The position numbers and the translations under genes were made by a program. 64,000 nucleotides of DNA from Candidatus Levyibacteriota bacterium (GTDB taxonomy: Bacteria; Patescibacteriota; Microgenomatia; Levybacterales; UBA12049). Location: positions 56,353 to 120,352 of the forward strand of contig CAWBPM010000003.1 of NCBI GenBank assembly GCA_963790825.1, in the 5' to 3' direction. The notes under the pieces are model-generated. The model was not told the DNA's origin. It saw only the letters and a program-made list of their open reading frames with translations, and did not search any database. Shown one piece after another: positions 8,945 to 20,061 of the stretch. Numbering within the stretch: position 1 is the first letter of the stretch; the number at the start of each line of letters is the position of its first letter.

Positions 8945-10567
8945 TCATTTTATCTCATAAACTGTAGCAGCGCTTCGTCCATTCAGATAGTTAATAGCAT
9001 CAAGAGCAGTTGCCGGCTGTGACGGTTTTGTCTGAAGAGCAATATAGATATCTCCTGACCGGAGTATTTTCTCGCATTGTCCAAAATAATTATTATTAAT
9101 AGAAAAACAACTATTAGTGACTCTGTTTGACCCACCTTGCGACAAATAAGCAGCAGGATCGTATTTTGTATAAAAAAGGTAAAATATATATGGCTGCTCA
9201 AACTCGGAAGAAAATATAATCCGTTTTTTCGCAAATTGTGATTGAGAGGTAAAAAGAATAGACTGTTTATAGCCGTACTGCCAATACGCCTGTGTATCAT
9301 AATTGGTATGGGAAAAGTATTGATTAAGATAATACCCGATATTAAAAACGTAGGCTACTATAATAAGTACAATTGCTGCTTTTCCTAAGATAGATTTTCT
9401 AAACAGGAGATAATGGCAAAAAAGAACCAGACCAATTGCTTCAAATATTACTATTATAGGCAGCATAATGAGACTTCTTTCCGCATTCGGTGCATCAATC
9501 GCCAATGCTGACGCTATTGGTGCTAAGAGAAACCACGCGGCAAGAACGTATCGATTTTCCATCTTTCGTCGAAAAAGAAAATATATTCCGAGAAGAATGA
9601 AGGGCAATGAGACGAGGTACAAAAGTCCCATACCGGGAGCATGGTGACGCGCTAGGTCCCCGGAAATAAAAAGCCAGTTCGGATCCCAGTGTTTTAAATA
9701 ATTTAAGGCAAATGTATCAGCATACACGAATCTTCTATTGTTTAAAAATATTCCTAATTTGCCGTTATGCGCGCTGTAATAAATAATCGCATTTGCCGAG
9801 TCTTTTAACAGTTGCGTTTGTTGGCCGGTAAATAAAACACTCTCCCCCCGGGCAGTTGTGGTTCCGTTAAACAGCCACAATGCATTTGATAAGAAAAGGA
9901 GTATTAATAAGCCTATCGTCAATATTTTTTTATTAATAAAATATTTCCAATTTAAGAGAAGTAAAGTAAAAACAAAGAGCGGCATGAAAAGCTTTTCGCT
10001 GTGGTAAGAATACGCACTCAGTGCAAACGCAATAAATGCAAAAAAGAAGCTGACTAATAAATTCCTGCGAACTCCCAGGAGAAAAAGATATGAACCGAGA
10101 AGTACAAATGCTACACCAAGTGTCGCTTCAAATGCAATCCGGCTGAACTGTATTGACCAAGGAGAAAGAGCAAATATGCTCATGGTAACAAATGCAAAAC
10201 GCATTCTGTATTTGCTATAAAAAAACAGTTCGTAAACAAATAAAAAAATTAGAATAATACTTATGCTTCCATAAAAGGCAGCAGGGAAACGGACCGTAAA
10301 AGGGGTTAAGCCGAAAACGGTAATTGCGGGAATTTCAGAATAAATATAAATTGGTTGTTTATAGTCCCCAAATGATTTGAAAGAGATGGGAAATGAAATA
10401 GCGAATTCATCTTTACCGGTGTGCATAAGGGTATATGCGTTGTATCCCCATGCCGCTTCATCCCAATCAAGTGAGTCGGGAATATTGCCTAACTGTGAAA
10501 AACGCAAAAATGTTCCTATTAGAAAAATTACGATAAAAAGACTGTAATAAAGATATTTCTTATTCAT
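8945..10567 (-). CDS. GT-C membrane glycosyltransferase (PMT/ArnT-like)
   Basis: WDEAAWGYNAY..TGKDE..FKSFGDYKQPIYIY, RFPAA, SPWSIQFSRIAFE. Confidence 0.85.
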   Translation of the reverse strand: MNKKYLYYSLFIVIFLIGTFLRFSQLGNIPDSLDWDEAAWGYNAYTLMHTGKDEFAISFPISFKSFGDYKQPIYIYSEIPAITVFGLTPFTVRFPAAFYGSISIILIFLFVYELFFYSKYRMRFAFVTMSIFALSPWSIQFSRIAFEATLGVAFVLLGSYLFLLGVRRNLLVSFFFAFIAFALSAYSYHSEKLFMPLFVFTLLLLNWKYFINKKILTIGLLILLFLSNALWLFNGTTTARGESVLFTGQQTQLLKDSANAIIYYSAHNGKLGIFLNNRRFVYADTFALNYLKHWDPNWLFISGDLARHHAPGMGLLYLVSLPFILLGIYFLFRRKMENRYVLAAWFLLAPIASALAIDAPNAERSLIMLPIIVIFEAIGLVLFCHYLLFRKSILGKAAIVLIIVAYVFNIGYYLNQYFSHTNYDTQAYWQYGYKQSILFTSQSQFAKKRIIFSSEFEQPYIFYLFYTKYDPAAYLSQGGSNRVTNSCFSINNNYFGQCEKILRSGDIYIALQTKPSQPATALDAINYLNGRSAATVYEIK

Positions 10568-12195
10568 TTTTTCACTGCAAAAATAAATGCCGGATCACCA
10601 TTAAGAAAATTTACTTGATCAACTACGCGTAAATCAGGTTCCATCTGCTGCGGAGACGCGACATATAACATTTTTTTACCCTTGTCATTTGCTTGCTCAA
10701 TATTCCCGCCTCTGAATTGCCAATCTCCAACTTTGGTTACGCTATAGAGTCCAAACGCATCTGCAGTAGGATTTCCTTCTCGCCAATATGTTTGAACAGG
10801 AATATTGGCATAGTATAAATAATAAACATATGCCCTACCATACGTATCGGTAAAGGCAACGGTATCAAAGTTTCCCTGCATTTTTTCTGCTTTTGTAATC
10901 GCTTCCTGATAGCCATATTGCCAGTCATTACTGTATTTAACAGGATAAAGCGTCGTATATGCATTAAAAAGATAAACTGCTTGAAAAATTGCGTAGATAC
11001 CAATAAGTATCCCGAACATTAAAAAGATTTTATTTTTTCTAAATTGAATAAATGCCGTAAAGATCCCAAGACCAGTGAGTATTTCATAAACAGGGATATA
11101 TGTTTCACTTCTTAGTGCGTGCGGGGTTTCTCTAGCAGTTGCCGCGGCTACGGGTGCTAAAATAAACCAAAGAAGAATAAATATTGTTATTTTATTTTTA
11201 AATTTAGCCAAGTTATACAGTCCGAAAAGAATAAATGGCAGCTCCCATAGCCAGAGTTCTCCTGATGATTGACTTGAAAACCTTGGATTTACGTCACCGG
11301 TAAAGAAAAGATATTGCGGGTTAAAAAAATCAAAATAATGTTTGGCATATAATAATGTATACCCGATTCTTCTGTTGTCAAATATTTTTCCCACGAGAGA
11401 ATTTTTATCCTGAACAAGCCAACTGTTTGACTGTGTTACGACTCCCGGATCGCTGAAAATATTTACTTCGGCAAAACGGATTTTACTGTCTGTTGTCGTC
11501 AGATATTGTATCATTGGAATTAATAATATGAGTGCGAATAAACCTGCAATAATTACCTGCTTTTTTTTCGTAAGTAAATCTTTATAAAAAAGTATTATTA
11601 GCAATATTATAAGGAGGGGAATAAAAATTCTCTGGGCATTAAATGCATAAATTCCAATAACAAAACTGACTGCGGATAAGGTATAAAACCATGCGTTTGT
11701 TCTTTTTGCGTAAAAGAATAGATAGACACCTAAAACAGTAAAAAATGTTGCTATATTCCCTTCGTAACCTCCGCGGCTAAGAAAAATATGCCAAGGAGAG
11801 ATGGCTAGAAGAAAAGCAACAAGTAGGGCTAAGTATTCACGCTTTTTTAAGCTATAAAATAATTCTCTGGTTAGTAAATAAGTAAACACTATGGTAAGTG
11901 AACCGAAAAATACAGAAGCAAATCGAATGGTAAATGTCGTTTTTCCAATAAACATCATTGCCAGTGCAGTTAAGTAGATATAGACCGGCGCTTTATTGTC
12001 TCCAAATGCTCTAAACCTGGCGATCGGAAGAAATTCATGATGCTCATCATATCCCGTTGTTAAAATTGCATATGCATTATATGCTTGTGAGACTTCATCC
12101 CAATAAAGACTGGGCGGATTAGACGTGACATTCCACGTTCTAAAAAAGAATGCAAGAAGAAAAATAACAATGAGAATAATATTATTTTTTAACAT
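10564..12195 (-). CDS. GT-C membrane glycosyltransferase (PMT/ArnT-like)
   Basis: WDEVSQAYNAY..TGYDE..AFGDNKAPVYIY, SPWHIFLSRGGYE; 4-nt overlap with the next gene. Confidence 0.85.
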   Translation of the reverse strand: MLKNNIILIVIFLLAFFFRTWNVTSNPPSLYWDEVSQAYNAYAILTTGYDEHHEFLPIARFRAFGDNKAPVYIYLTALAMMFIGKTTFTIRFASVFFGSLTIVFTYLLTRELFYSLKKREYLALLVAFLLAISPWHIFLSRGGYEGNIATFFTVLGVYLFFYAKRTNAWFYTLSAVSFVIGIYAFNAQRIFIPLLIILLIILFYKDLLTKKKQVIIAGLFALILLIPMIQYLTTTDSKIRFAEVNIFSDPGVVTQSNSWLVQDKNSLVGKIFDNRRIGYTLLYAKHYFDFFNPQYLFFTGDVNPRFSSQSSGELWLWELPFILFGLYNLAKFKNKITIFILLWFILAPVAAATARETPHALRSETYIPVYEILTGLGIFTAFIQFRKNKIFLMFGILIGIYAIFQAVYLFNAYTTLYPVKYSNDWQYGYQEAITKAEKMQGNFDTVAFTDTYGRAYVYYLYYANIPVQTYWREGNPTADAFGLYSVTKVGDWQFRGGNIEQANDKGKKMLYVASPQQMEPDLRVVDQVNFLNGDPAFIFAVKK

Positions 12196-13798
12196 TTCCG
12201 GAAATGGTATAGCCTAAAATCGGTTCGCCTGATGGGAGATTTATTGTGTGCTCAAGATTTTGTGGATTTTGATCGTCTATATAAATTGTGTCCGGCTGTA
12301 ATTTTGTATAATCAATCGAATCCACAAAACTAAATCTTGCGAAACTTTTTACATAGAGAAATCCGTCACTTGTCATTGGGTAATACTCCACTTCTTTTAT
12401 AAATTTTGCCGGATCATATTTTTCATAAAAAAGAAAATAAATATAATGAAAGTCTTCCGGTCCTCGCATAACTACATTATATGTCGGGTACTTATCCGCA
12501 AGTGCTACTGCTTGTTTATTTCCATATCGCCAAAACCGTACCCGTTCAAAATTGAAATGGACAAAATAACCATCAAGAAAGTAGATAATATTAATGATAT
12601 AGAGAAGTGCTATTATGCCGAGAGATAAATAATAAAATCTTTTACCGCGCAGGATATCTATCATCTTGCCGGCTCCATAAGCCATTACAATGGTTGCCAG
12701 GGGAAGTAAAAGAAAAAGACGAGTAGAGTTTGGCGTATCAGTGGTAAGAGAAGATGGAATAGGACCCACTAAAAACCATGGCAGAAGAAAAAGAATTGTT
12801 TTTTCACGATACCAAAATAAAGAAAGTACTCCAATAACCAGCAATAGCGCGTCAAGCAGGTAAAAATTAGCAAAATATCCTAAATTATGCTGGAGTTTTT
12901 CTCCGCCTTTATCAAAAAGGAAAGATGGGGAGAATACGCCGATATAATTCTGTCCAAACTGAGTAAGTACCGCTGCATATTTATTATAGAGTAATTTTTT
13001 AAGAATTGGACTTTCAACTGCTTTATCTGTTTTCAGCTTATCTGCCCTATTATAGATAATATTTGGGTCATTTAAGATTGATAACGTAGAAACCTTGTTC
13101 GATCCGCTTATACTGAGAGTTATAAAAGATATAGAAATGAAAAATAGCATAATCAAAACTGAAATTATTGTCCATTTATCTAAGATAATTTTTCTATAAA
13201 AAATTGCAAGCATTCCGAGTATAAATAAGGGGGTAAATAAGATAAAAGAGTGGTAGGTAAAAAGAGTCAATCCAAAAAGTACAGCTGCGGGAACAAGAGT
13301 TTTTAGCGATTTTTGTTTTTCTGCTAAATACCGGATGAGAAGATAAAATCCAGCGAGAAAAAGAGTTGTCCCGAGATTCACTTCATAGGCTGCCCGTGAA
13401 AAATAGATACTCCAAGGCGAAAAGGCATAAAAAAATGCAGCAAATAATGCTATTTTTCTGTCTTTAAAAAGGAGTTCTGTAATTTTAAAAATAAGAAAAA
13501 CTCCGATAATACCGGAGATTGCGCTCGGCAGACGAACTGCCTCTTCTGTTAATCCAAAAAAAACAATAAACGGTATCGTAATAATTTCATAGAAAGGTAA
13601 TTTCCAGTCACCAAATGACTGTAGTGCCAGCGGAAGAAATTTTCCATGTTCATCTGCGCCCGTTTTAAACAGTGCGTATGCATTATAACCAATTGCAGCC
13701 TCGTCCTGGTTAAGACTTCCGGGAATATTACTTAGCTGATACAGCCTTAAAAAAGCAGCTACGATAAGAATGAGGAGTAAAATATATTTTGATTTCAT
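12182..13798 (-). CDS. GT-C membrane glycosyltransferase (PMT/ArnT-like)
   Basis: QDEAAIGYNAY..TGADEHG..SFGDWKLP, RLPSA, SPWSIYFSRAAYE. Confidence 0.85.
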   Translation of the reverse strand: MKSKYILLLILIVAAFLRLYQLSNIPGSLNQDEAAIGYNAYALFKTGADEHGKFLPLALQSFGDWKLPFYEIITIPFIVFFGLTEEAVRLPSAISGIIGVFLIFKITELLFKDRKIALFAAFFYAFSPWSIYFSRAAYEVNLGTTLFLAGFYLLIRYLAEKQKSLKTLVPAAVLFGLTLFTYHSFILFTPLFILGMLAIFYRKIILDKWTIISVLIMLFFISISFITLSISGSNKVSTLSILNDPNIIYNRADKLKTDKAVESPILKKLLYNKYAAVLTQFGQNYIGVFSPSFLFDKGGEKLQHNLGYFANFYLLDALLLVIGVLSLFWYREKTILFLLPWFLVGPIPSSLTTDTPNSTRLFLLLPLATIVMAYGAGKMIDILRGKRFYYLSLGIIALLYIINIIYFLDGYFVHFNFERVRFWRYGNKQAVALADKYPTYNVVMRGPEDFHYIYFLFYEKYDPAKFIKEVEYYPMTSDGFLYVKSFARFSFVDSIDYTKLQPDTIYIDDQNPQNLEHTINLPSGEPILGYTISGNVKK

Positions 13799-13867
13799 AG
13801 TATAGAATACCTAATTTTCTCACTATTTAAATATCATAGCGGAATTTTCTTTTCCACTCTAGACAAT

Positions 13868-14578
13868 TTAATCCATAACACGGTATTTAACCAAATTCCA
13901 GACAGCTTTAAATCCGTCTCTAAATGTATTAAGCTTTTTTCCCTCATCGTATCCACGCGGATTAGTAGAAATAGGAACCTCGTAAATTTTATAACCACGT
14001 TTTAGTAGTTTAGCGGTAATTTCCGGCTCAAATTCAAAACCCCTTGCCCGAATTATCATTCCGTCAATCGCTTTTTTGGGAAATAGCTTATAACAAGACT
14101 CCATGTCGGTAACCCAGCTGAAATAAAGAATGCTTGTCAATAAACTTAAAAATTTATTACCTAAATAGTGAAGAAAAAATTGACTTGTTCTTTCATCTCG
14201 CGAAAAATTCGGTAAACGCCTTAATCTGGTCCCGTATACAACCTTTGCCTTTCCATCTGTAATTGGTTTAATAAGTTTCGCTATTTCCTTCGGGTTGTAT
14301 TCCAAATCCGCATCCTGAATAATAATGTATTCCCCTTCTGCATGCTTTATTCCCGTTCGTAAAGCAGCGCCTTTGCCTAAATTCTTTGGATGCGAGAAGA
14401 ATTTGATATTTTTAATTCCACTTTTCTCTATATACTTTTTTGTATTATCCCTTGATCCGTCATCCACAACAATAATATCTTTTATAACTGCCGGAAGTTG
14501 CAGCTTGTCAAGCGCCTCAAGCACTGGTACTATTGTTTTTTCCTCATTAAAAACCGGAACAATAATTGATAATTTCAT
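13868..14578 (-). CDS. GT2 polyprenyl-phosphate glycosyltransferase (DPM synthase-like)
   Basis: PVFNEE, VDDGSRD, NLGKGAALRTG, IQDADLEY, VYGTR, TDMESCYK, FEFEPEIT. Confidence 0.9.
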   Translation of the reverse strand: MKLSIIVPVFNEEKTIVPVLEALDKLQLPAVIKDIIVVDDGSRDNTKKYIEKSGIKNIKFFSHPKNLGKGAALRTGIKHAEGEYIIIQDADLEYNPKEIAKLIKPITDGKAKVVYGTRLRRLPNFSRDERTSQFFLHYLGNKFLSLLTSILYFSWVTDMESCYKLFPKKAIDGMIIRARGFEFEPEITAKLLKRGYKIYEVPISTNPRGYDEGKKLNTFRDGFKAVWNLVKYRVMD

Positions 14579-14649
14579 TAAGCTAGAATACCTCTTCTGT
14601 GAAAAATAATTTTTTTATTGTGATTTAGACTATAAAACTGATGTTTATC

Positions 14650-16959
14650 TCAGATAATTTTATCATAAAATTCTACTTTATTTCTGCCTTTTGGTATAAA
14701 TATGCCACGGAAATTATAATCCGTTCGGTAGATTTTAACCGTAATTGGCTGAGTAAACGAGTTATCGAGTGAAGAGACTTGTGCATGCCAGGTGGGATAA
14801 AATGTGTCTGTCAGCAGAAGAAATCCATCTCCTGAATTTTCCGTATCGAGAGTAATCCTGTTCTCCGAATATTGTATTCGTACTATTTTTCCTTGAGAAA
14901 GTGGATTTGGAACAATACTTTCCAAGCCTTCAACTATTGCAGTATTACGTATGTCAACTTCCGGATTAAAGAGAAGATTGATGCTGTCTTCTTTATTTTT
15001 TGCTTTAATTAAACTTCTAACAAAGAACGCTCTTGGCAGAACATTTGTATTCTCATAAACTTTCGTTTGGCCCTCCTCAAAAACTTTTATTAGTTTGGGC
15101 GAGGCAAGATCCGAAAGACTTAATACATATTTTACGCCCAGTAAATCAATAATTCGCGAATTGTACTCAAACGGCTGAATAATCCGGTTAAATCCGAAAG
15201 GTGCTGTTATATCCGGTTTTCCACGCTCCGAGGCTTTTATGAGTTCACCGTAGCGCATGAGATAAAGCGGATCGTATCCATCTATACTTTGCAGATGATA
15301 GTGGTTTGAAAAATTAGGCGGAAAAATCCGTGAATCGGTTTCCATAATCCGATAGATCCCACTATGGTTTTCCAGAAAAGAAAGGCTTTCGCTATTTGGA
15401 AATAAATACTCTTTATTGGTAAATGTTTCATATTTTTCATAAAACCTATAGAGATCAATAATTGTAATGCCGACTAAAAGAATAACAAGGAGCTGCTGAA
15501 GATTCTTTTTTTTAAATATCGTCATGCATAAAATAATAATTCCTCCTGCAATAAAAATTGCCGTCGGAAATAATAAGTTTCGCCGGGCAATACTTAATCT
15601 TTCAGGAGTAAAACCGCCCAATGTTTGTTTGCTTAGAACAAATACCCATAATCCAAGCAGTATGCAGGCAATAAACAGCAATGGGTAGAGTATGTCTCTT
15701 TTCCGAGAAACTCCAATGTAATAATCCATGCCTAGTACGGTTAAGACAGACAGACAAAAATCGGTCAGGAAAAGCAGTCTTGTCGGTTGAGTCGATAAGA
15801 GAAACGGGATATGAGCTGTATAGGGAATTATTGCGAGAAAAGTCGGTAATGCGAAAATTAACGAGAGAAAAAATACAGATCCGAAAAAGAGTGTTTTTTT
15901 ATCCCGGCGAAAAAACATTGCAAAAAGTGCAAAAACTAAAGGAATAATTCCGACATATCCTACCAGCTCTCCATAGTTCCACGTACTCCAATAATTTAGT
16001 GTCGCAGGATTACCGAAAAAATCGGGAGCGACAAACTGAATCAGGTGCTGCCAAGGCAAAAACCATCCGTCATTTTGCCAATTATTCAGTTGATCGACGT
16101 CACGGGCACTTAAGTTAATAAACTGCAGAGACGGCAGCCACTGCAAAGCCGTAATAATAATAAAAATGCAACCAAGCAGCAGAAATGGCAGATATTTTTT
16201 AAAGTACGATTGTAAAAATAATTTAGCCGGTTGGTTTTTTTGCCATGTTATTTGGAATATACGAGCAAAAAGATATAGATTTGTTATAAGAAATGAGTAA
16301 AACCAGATTTGCAGATGTCCCGAAAAAAACTGTGCGCACTGGGCAAAAAGAAGAATTACAAACCACTGAGTAGATAATTTTGCCAATAATTTCTCTTTTG
16401 CAAGAAGGATTAGAGGTAACCAGACCGCTGTTTGGACAATTGTCCCCCATTCTATCCATGACACTGAAAATCCGCAGAAGGCATAGACAAAACTTCCTAA
16501 GATACAAGCCCATCTGTTAAGTTTAAAATTGACAAGATAGAAATAGAGGAAAATACCTGCAAGAAGCGGCTGCAATAACACTAAAACACTCCAAGCGTAG
16601 GAAAATGGGAGTAGGAAAAAGAGTAAATTAAGCGGGTTAAAAGTAGCGGACTGAAAGTTTGCTAAGAGTGGATAACCGCCCATGCTATATGGATTCCATA
16701 ACGGCAGTTCAAACGTCTTTTCCGCATTAACAACTAACTGCCGCCAAGGTATCTGCTGGCGAACCGGGTCGGTAATTAAGAAATTTTTAAACGGGATTCC
16801 GCGCGGATAATTTGCGGCATATTTATCTAAGAACGGATGGTAGAGACCAACTATCGTATCTGCAGGAATCGGCAGTTTGTCCTGAATTAGAAACTGTCCG
16901 AAGAAAAAGCCAAAAATAACCATTAAAAAAAAGAGAGTGAGAAAACGGTATTTGCTCAT
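14650..16959 (-). CDS. YfhO-family GT-C membrane protein
   Basis: PLWNPYSMGGYPLLAN, SGHLQ, GYDPL, LPRAFFV and a C-terminal DTFYPTWHA..RGIFIPKG domain. Confidence 0.8.
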   Translation of the reverse strand: MSKYRFLTLFFLMVIFGFFFGQFLIQDKLPIPADTIVGLYHPFLDKYAANYPRGIPFKNFLITDPVRQQIPWRQLVVNAEKTFELPLWNPYSMGGYPLLANFQSATFNPLNLLFFLLPFSYAWSVLVLLQPLLAGIFLYFYLVNFKLNRWACILGSFVYAFCGFSVSWIEWGTIVQTAVWLPLILLAKEKLLAKLSTQWFVILLFAQCAQFFSGHLQIWFYSFLITNLYLFARIFQITWQKNQPAKLFLQSYFKKYLPFLLLGCIFIIITALQWLPSLQFINLSARDVDQLNNWQNDGWFLPWQHLIQFVAPDFFGNPATLNYWSTWNYGELVGYVGIIPLVFALFAMFFRRDKKTLFFGSVFFLSLIFALPTFLAIIPYTAHIPFLLSTQPTRLLFLTDFCLSVLTVLGMDYYIGVSRKRDILYPLLFIACILLGLWVFVLSKQTLGGFTPERLSIARRNLLFPTAIFIAGGIIILCMTIFKKKNLQQLLVILLVGITIIDLYRFYEKYETFTNKEYLFPNSESLSFLENHSGIYRIMETDSRIFPPNFSNHYHLQSIDGYDPLYLMRYGELIKASERGKPDITAPFGFNRIIQPFEYNSRIIDLLGVKYVLSLSDLASPKLIKVFEEGQTKVYENTNVLPRAFFVRSLIKAKNKEDSINLLFNPEVDIRNTAIVEGLESIVPNPLSQGKIVRIQYSENRITLDTENSGDGFLLLTDTFYPTWHAQVSSLDNSFTQPITVKIYRTDYNFRGIFIPKGRNKVEFYDKII

Positions 16960-16971
16960 ATTAATCTTCGA

Positions 16972-18048
16972 TTAATCTTCCACTAATTTTATAATTGCAT
17001 CACAAAATTTATTTTTACTGAAGTCTTTTGCCCGTAACCTTGCAGCTTCGGACATCTTCATCCAAAGTCCATTTTCTTTTATCAAAAGGTTTGTTTTTGC
17101 TTGCAATTCCTCCAGAGTATTCCAGAAAAAACCGTTTTCGCCATCACTGATAATCTCTTTTTGCCCTCCGTTATTAATAACGACCGGTACAACACCTGCT
17201 CCCATTGCTTCGACTGTCGCTATACCGAAATGCTCCGCGTATTCGGGATGGTTTTTCAAATCTTCTCCGAATCCTGACGCGTGCCAATAAATTTTTGCAA
17301 GGTTATACATATTCCACAATTCATCATTATTTTTATTAAGCAAAAAATTTATCGGATATCCCTTTGCGGAATTTTGTAAAGCTGAAAATTTTTCTCCGTC
17401 TGCTCTTCTGACACTCGCAGCAACAATAAATTGCCAACCCATAAGACCGTGATCAACCATCTTTTTAAAAGCTTCTATCATGACACTTTGCTTTTTATAA
17501 TCCGAAGTACCGTCTTTATTTATGCGAAATCTACCCACATGAAGAATAATATTTTCCTTTGCTATATCTGTTGCAAAAAGCGAAACCGGAGGGTAAATAA
17601 CAACATTTTTATTGCCGGGAAATAGTTTTTGGTTATGAAACTTTGTAAATTCTGAGTTATAAAACACTTTGCTAATCCGTGAAAGTTTTAGCTTATATCT
17701 CCAAGAATATGCCTGTTTTTCTTTCTTTAATGGCTGTTGAATATGTATAAAAAGCTTTTTAGAAAGAACAAGAGGGATGCTGCCGTCACTGAGAATTATA
17801 ATTACGTCATATTTCTTCGTTTCCAGTATCCTATCAATAAGATTTACCTGACGGGAAAAAATATTCTTTTTTATTACAACTCCATCCAGATTAATAGAAA
17901 ATCTTTTCTTAAGTGTTTCCAAATCTTCAATGCTATCCCAAAATAGCGATACTTCGTGCTTCTTCGTAAGACATTCTGCAATAGTCATCATATATTTTTC
18001 TCCACCGCCCAAATCATCGAGATAGGGATCGTATATACCAATTTTCAT
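16972..18048 (-). CDS. GT4 family glycosyltransferase
   Basis: GGGEKY, NSEFT, IYPPV, HVGRF, EHFGIATVEAMGAGVVPVV. Confidence 0.9.
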   Translation of the reverse strand: MKIGIYDPYLDDLGGGEKYMMTIAECLTKKHEVSLFWDSIEDLETLKKRFSINLDGVVIKKNIFSRQVNLIDRILETKKYDVIIILSDGSIPLVLSKKLFIHIQQPLKKEKQAYSWRYKLKLSRISKVFYNSEFTKFHNQKLFPGNKNVVIYPPVSLFATDIAKENIILHVGRFRINKDGTSDYKKQSVMIEAFKKMVDHGLMGWQFIVAASVRRADGEKFSALQNSAKGYPINFLLNKNNDELWNMYNLAKIYWHASGFGEDLKNHPEYAEHFGIATVEAMGAGVVPVVINNGGQKEIISDGENGFFWNTLEELQAKTNLLIKENGLWMKMSEAARLRAKDFSKNKFCDAIIKLVED

Positions 18049-18067
18049 ATTCTTATTTTATCAGCTA

Positions 18068-18352
18068 TTGCTAAGCTTTAAAAGTTTTGCTAGTATTACA
18101 GGTGTGAATAATAATCTTAACCCTGAAATTATCATAGCAGGCATACTGGCTACTATTTGGGAACTTCTCTGGAAAGGATTGGCACTTTGGCGCTCGGCAA
18201 GGCTTGGGCAACGGAATTGGTTTATCGTTTTTATTATTCTTGTACTTATTAACACACTTGGGATTGTTGAAATTATTTATTTATTCCGCTTTGCTAAAAA
18301 ACGTATGACAGTAAAAGAACTCCGGTTTTGGGAATATATTTCCTTTAAATAA
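18068..18352 (+). CDS. small membrane protein (DUF5652-like)
   Basis: W..LWKGLALWRSAR..QRNWFI..L.INTLGIVEIIYL pattern; opposite strand to the surrounding operon. Confidence 0.7.
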   Translation: MLSFKSFASITGVNNNLNPEIIIAGILATIWELLWKGLALWRSARLGQRNWFIVFIILVLINTLGIVEIIYLFRFAKKRMTVKELRFWEYISFK

Positions 18353-18366
18353 GACTGCACAACGCA

Positions 18367-19137
18367 TTATCTATCAGTTTCGGCTTCTTCCGGCTTTGCC
18401 ATTTGTAATTCCCATAGTCTCGCGTAAGTAATAAATATACTAAATGTCTGGTAGATACTCTCAATAAGCCCTGCTGTTCCGGCCTTATAGCCTTTTTCCG
18501 ATACATAATAATGATAAAACGTGGTTATCATGACTCGTGGAAAACGCCACCAGGTCATAGGCGGATGTTTAGCATCAAATCTAAGTTTTGCTTCAACTGC
18601 AGACCAGCGAATTGTTTTTTCAACCATCGATGTCAGATCACGGTGCGTATAATGCAGGAGATAGCCCTCAAGCTCTCCGATTTCTCCTTTTACTCTGGGG
18701 GATTCATGAAGTTCACCGTACCATTCTTCGAGTGCCTTTTTTTTAAAAAGTCGTTCAAGCTTTTCGCTTGTTGGCCATTTATGGTTGCCAAAGTAAAAAT
18801 TTTGTCTTTTAATCCAATAAGCGTTATATTTACTTTCCCTTTTCTCCGTTACCTTCCTGATAGAAACTGCTAAATCTCCCGAAACCCGCTCATCCACATC
18901 AACATATAAAATCCAATTTCCTTTGGCTTTTCGCAGTCCGTAATTTCTTAGAGCTGAAAAATCGGATGTTGTATAGGTAAAAACCTGTGCTTTCAGAAGT
19001 TGTGCAAGCTCCACTGTTCTGTCCGTTGATCCGTTATCGATAATGATTATTTCGTCAACAAATTTCAGCGAATCTATACAATCTACAAGCAGTTTCTCTC
19101 CATTTTTAACGATAATTACGGCTGAAATTTTACTCAT
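18367..19137 (-). CDS. GT2 family glycosyltransferase
   Basis: IVKNGE, IDNGSTDRT, DFSALRN, WILYVDVDER, LHESP. Confidence 0.9.
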   Translation of the reverse strand: MSKISAVIIVKNGEKLLVDCIDSLKFVDEIIIIDNGSTDRTVELAQLLKAQVFTYTTSDFSALRNYGLRKAKGNWILYVDVDERVSGDLAVSIRKVTEKRESKYNAYWIKRQNFYFGNHKWPTSEKLERLFKKKALEEWYGELHESPRVKGEIGELEGYLLHYTHRDLTSMVEKTIRWSAVEAKLRFDAKHPPMTWWRFPRVMITTFYHYYVSEKGYKAGTAGLIESIYQTFSIFITYARLWELQMAKPEEAETDR

Positions 19138-19153
19138 ATGCGATAACTATCCT

Positions 19154-20059
19154 TTAACGAATTAATTTTCTCGACAATTTATAAAAACTTTTCTTTAAAG
19201 GATTTTTAGTTTCCTTTATCTGTGCATTCACAAACCAATACTTGCTCTCTTTGTAACTTTTTTCTACCTCGTGTTTTACATTTATGAAAGTGTTTCGCGA
19301 ATCGTCTTCACTAAACTTCTCTTTCTCCCAAATATAACAAAAAATAACAAAGTGGTAGAAAGCCATCAGAAGCGACAGAATAAGTCCATGCATGCCGTCT
19401 TTATAACCTTCCCGGGCAAAAAACCGGGATAGAAATTCCTGTTTTGGAAATCTAATCGCATCCATCATACTGAAAACATAATCTTTTTTTATTTTTTCTT
19501 CGGCTTCGTTCGGAGCATACCTCATCATTTTTTGCAAGAATTGCGAAACTGTTTCATAATTATGATGCAGGATATGTTCCCGCAGATATCCTTTTTCTCC
19601 TGAAATTTGCAATATTTCATGTACATGTTCCGATGCGAATCTTCCCTTACCTTTTTGAAACAAACGTAATTGATAATCCGGATACCAGCCGGTATGTTTT
19701 ATCCATTTTGCAAAAATAATGTTCTTTCTGGGAATATAATAGGCTGCAAATTTTGGCGAATTCAATGTATTTTTTATTTCTTCTGCTAACTCCGGCGTAA
19801 CTTCCTCGTCCGCATCTAGACTAAGAATCCACTCATTTTTTGCGTTTTCAAAGCCTATATTTTTTTGCAGATCAATTTTTGTGGGGTCATTTTTTTGCGT
19901 AATGATATTTCTAGTATACTTTCCTGCAATTGTTGATGTATTATCGGTTGAAGAATTATTAACAAATACTATCTCATCCGCCAGATCTTTGACCGATTCC
20001 AGACAGTCTTTAATTTTTTCTTCTTCATTGAAGGCGCTAATAACGACTGATAATTTCAT
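19154..20059 (-). CDS. GT2 family glycosyltransferase
   Basis: AFNEEE, NNSSTDNT, WILSLDADE, GWYPDYQLRLF, VHE. Confidence 0.9.
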   Translation of the reverse strand: MKLSVVISAFNEEEKIKDCLESVKDLADEIVFVNNSSTDNTSTIAGKYTRNIITQKNDPTKIDLQKNIGFENAKNEWILSLDADEEVTPELAEEIKNTLNSPKFAAYYIPRKNIIFAKWIKHTGWYPDYQLRLFQKGKGRFASEHVHEILQISGEKGYLREHILHHNYETVSQFLQKMMRYAPNEAEEKIKKDYVFSMMDAIRFPKQEFLSRFFAREGYKDGMHGLILSLLMAFYHFVIFCYIWEKEKFSEDDSRNTFINVKHEVEKSYKESKYWFVNAQIKETKNPLKKSFYKLSRKLIR

Positions 20060-20061
20060 GT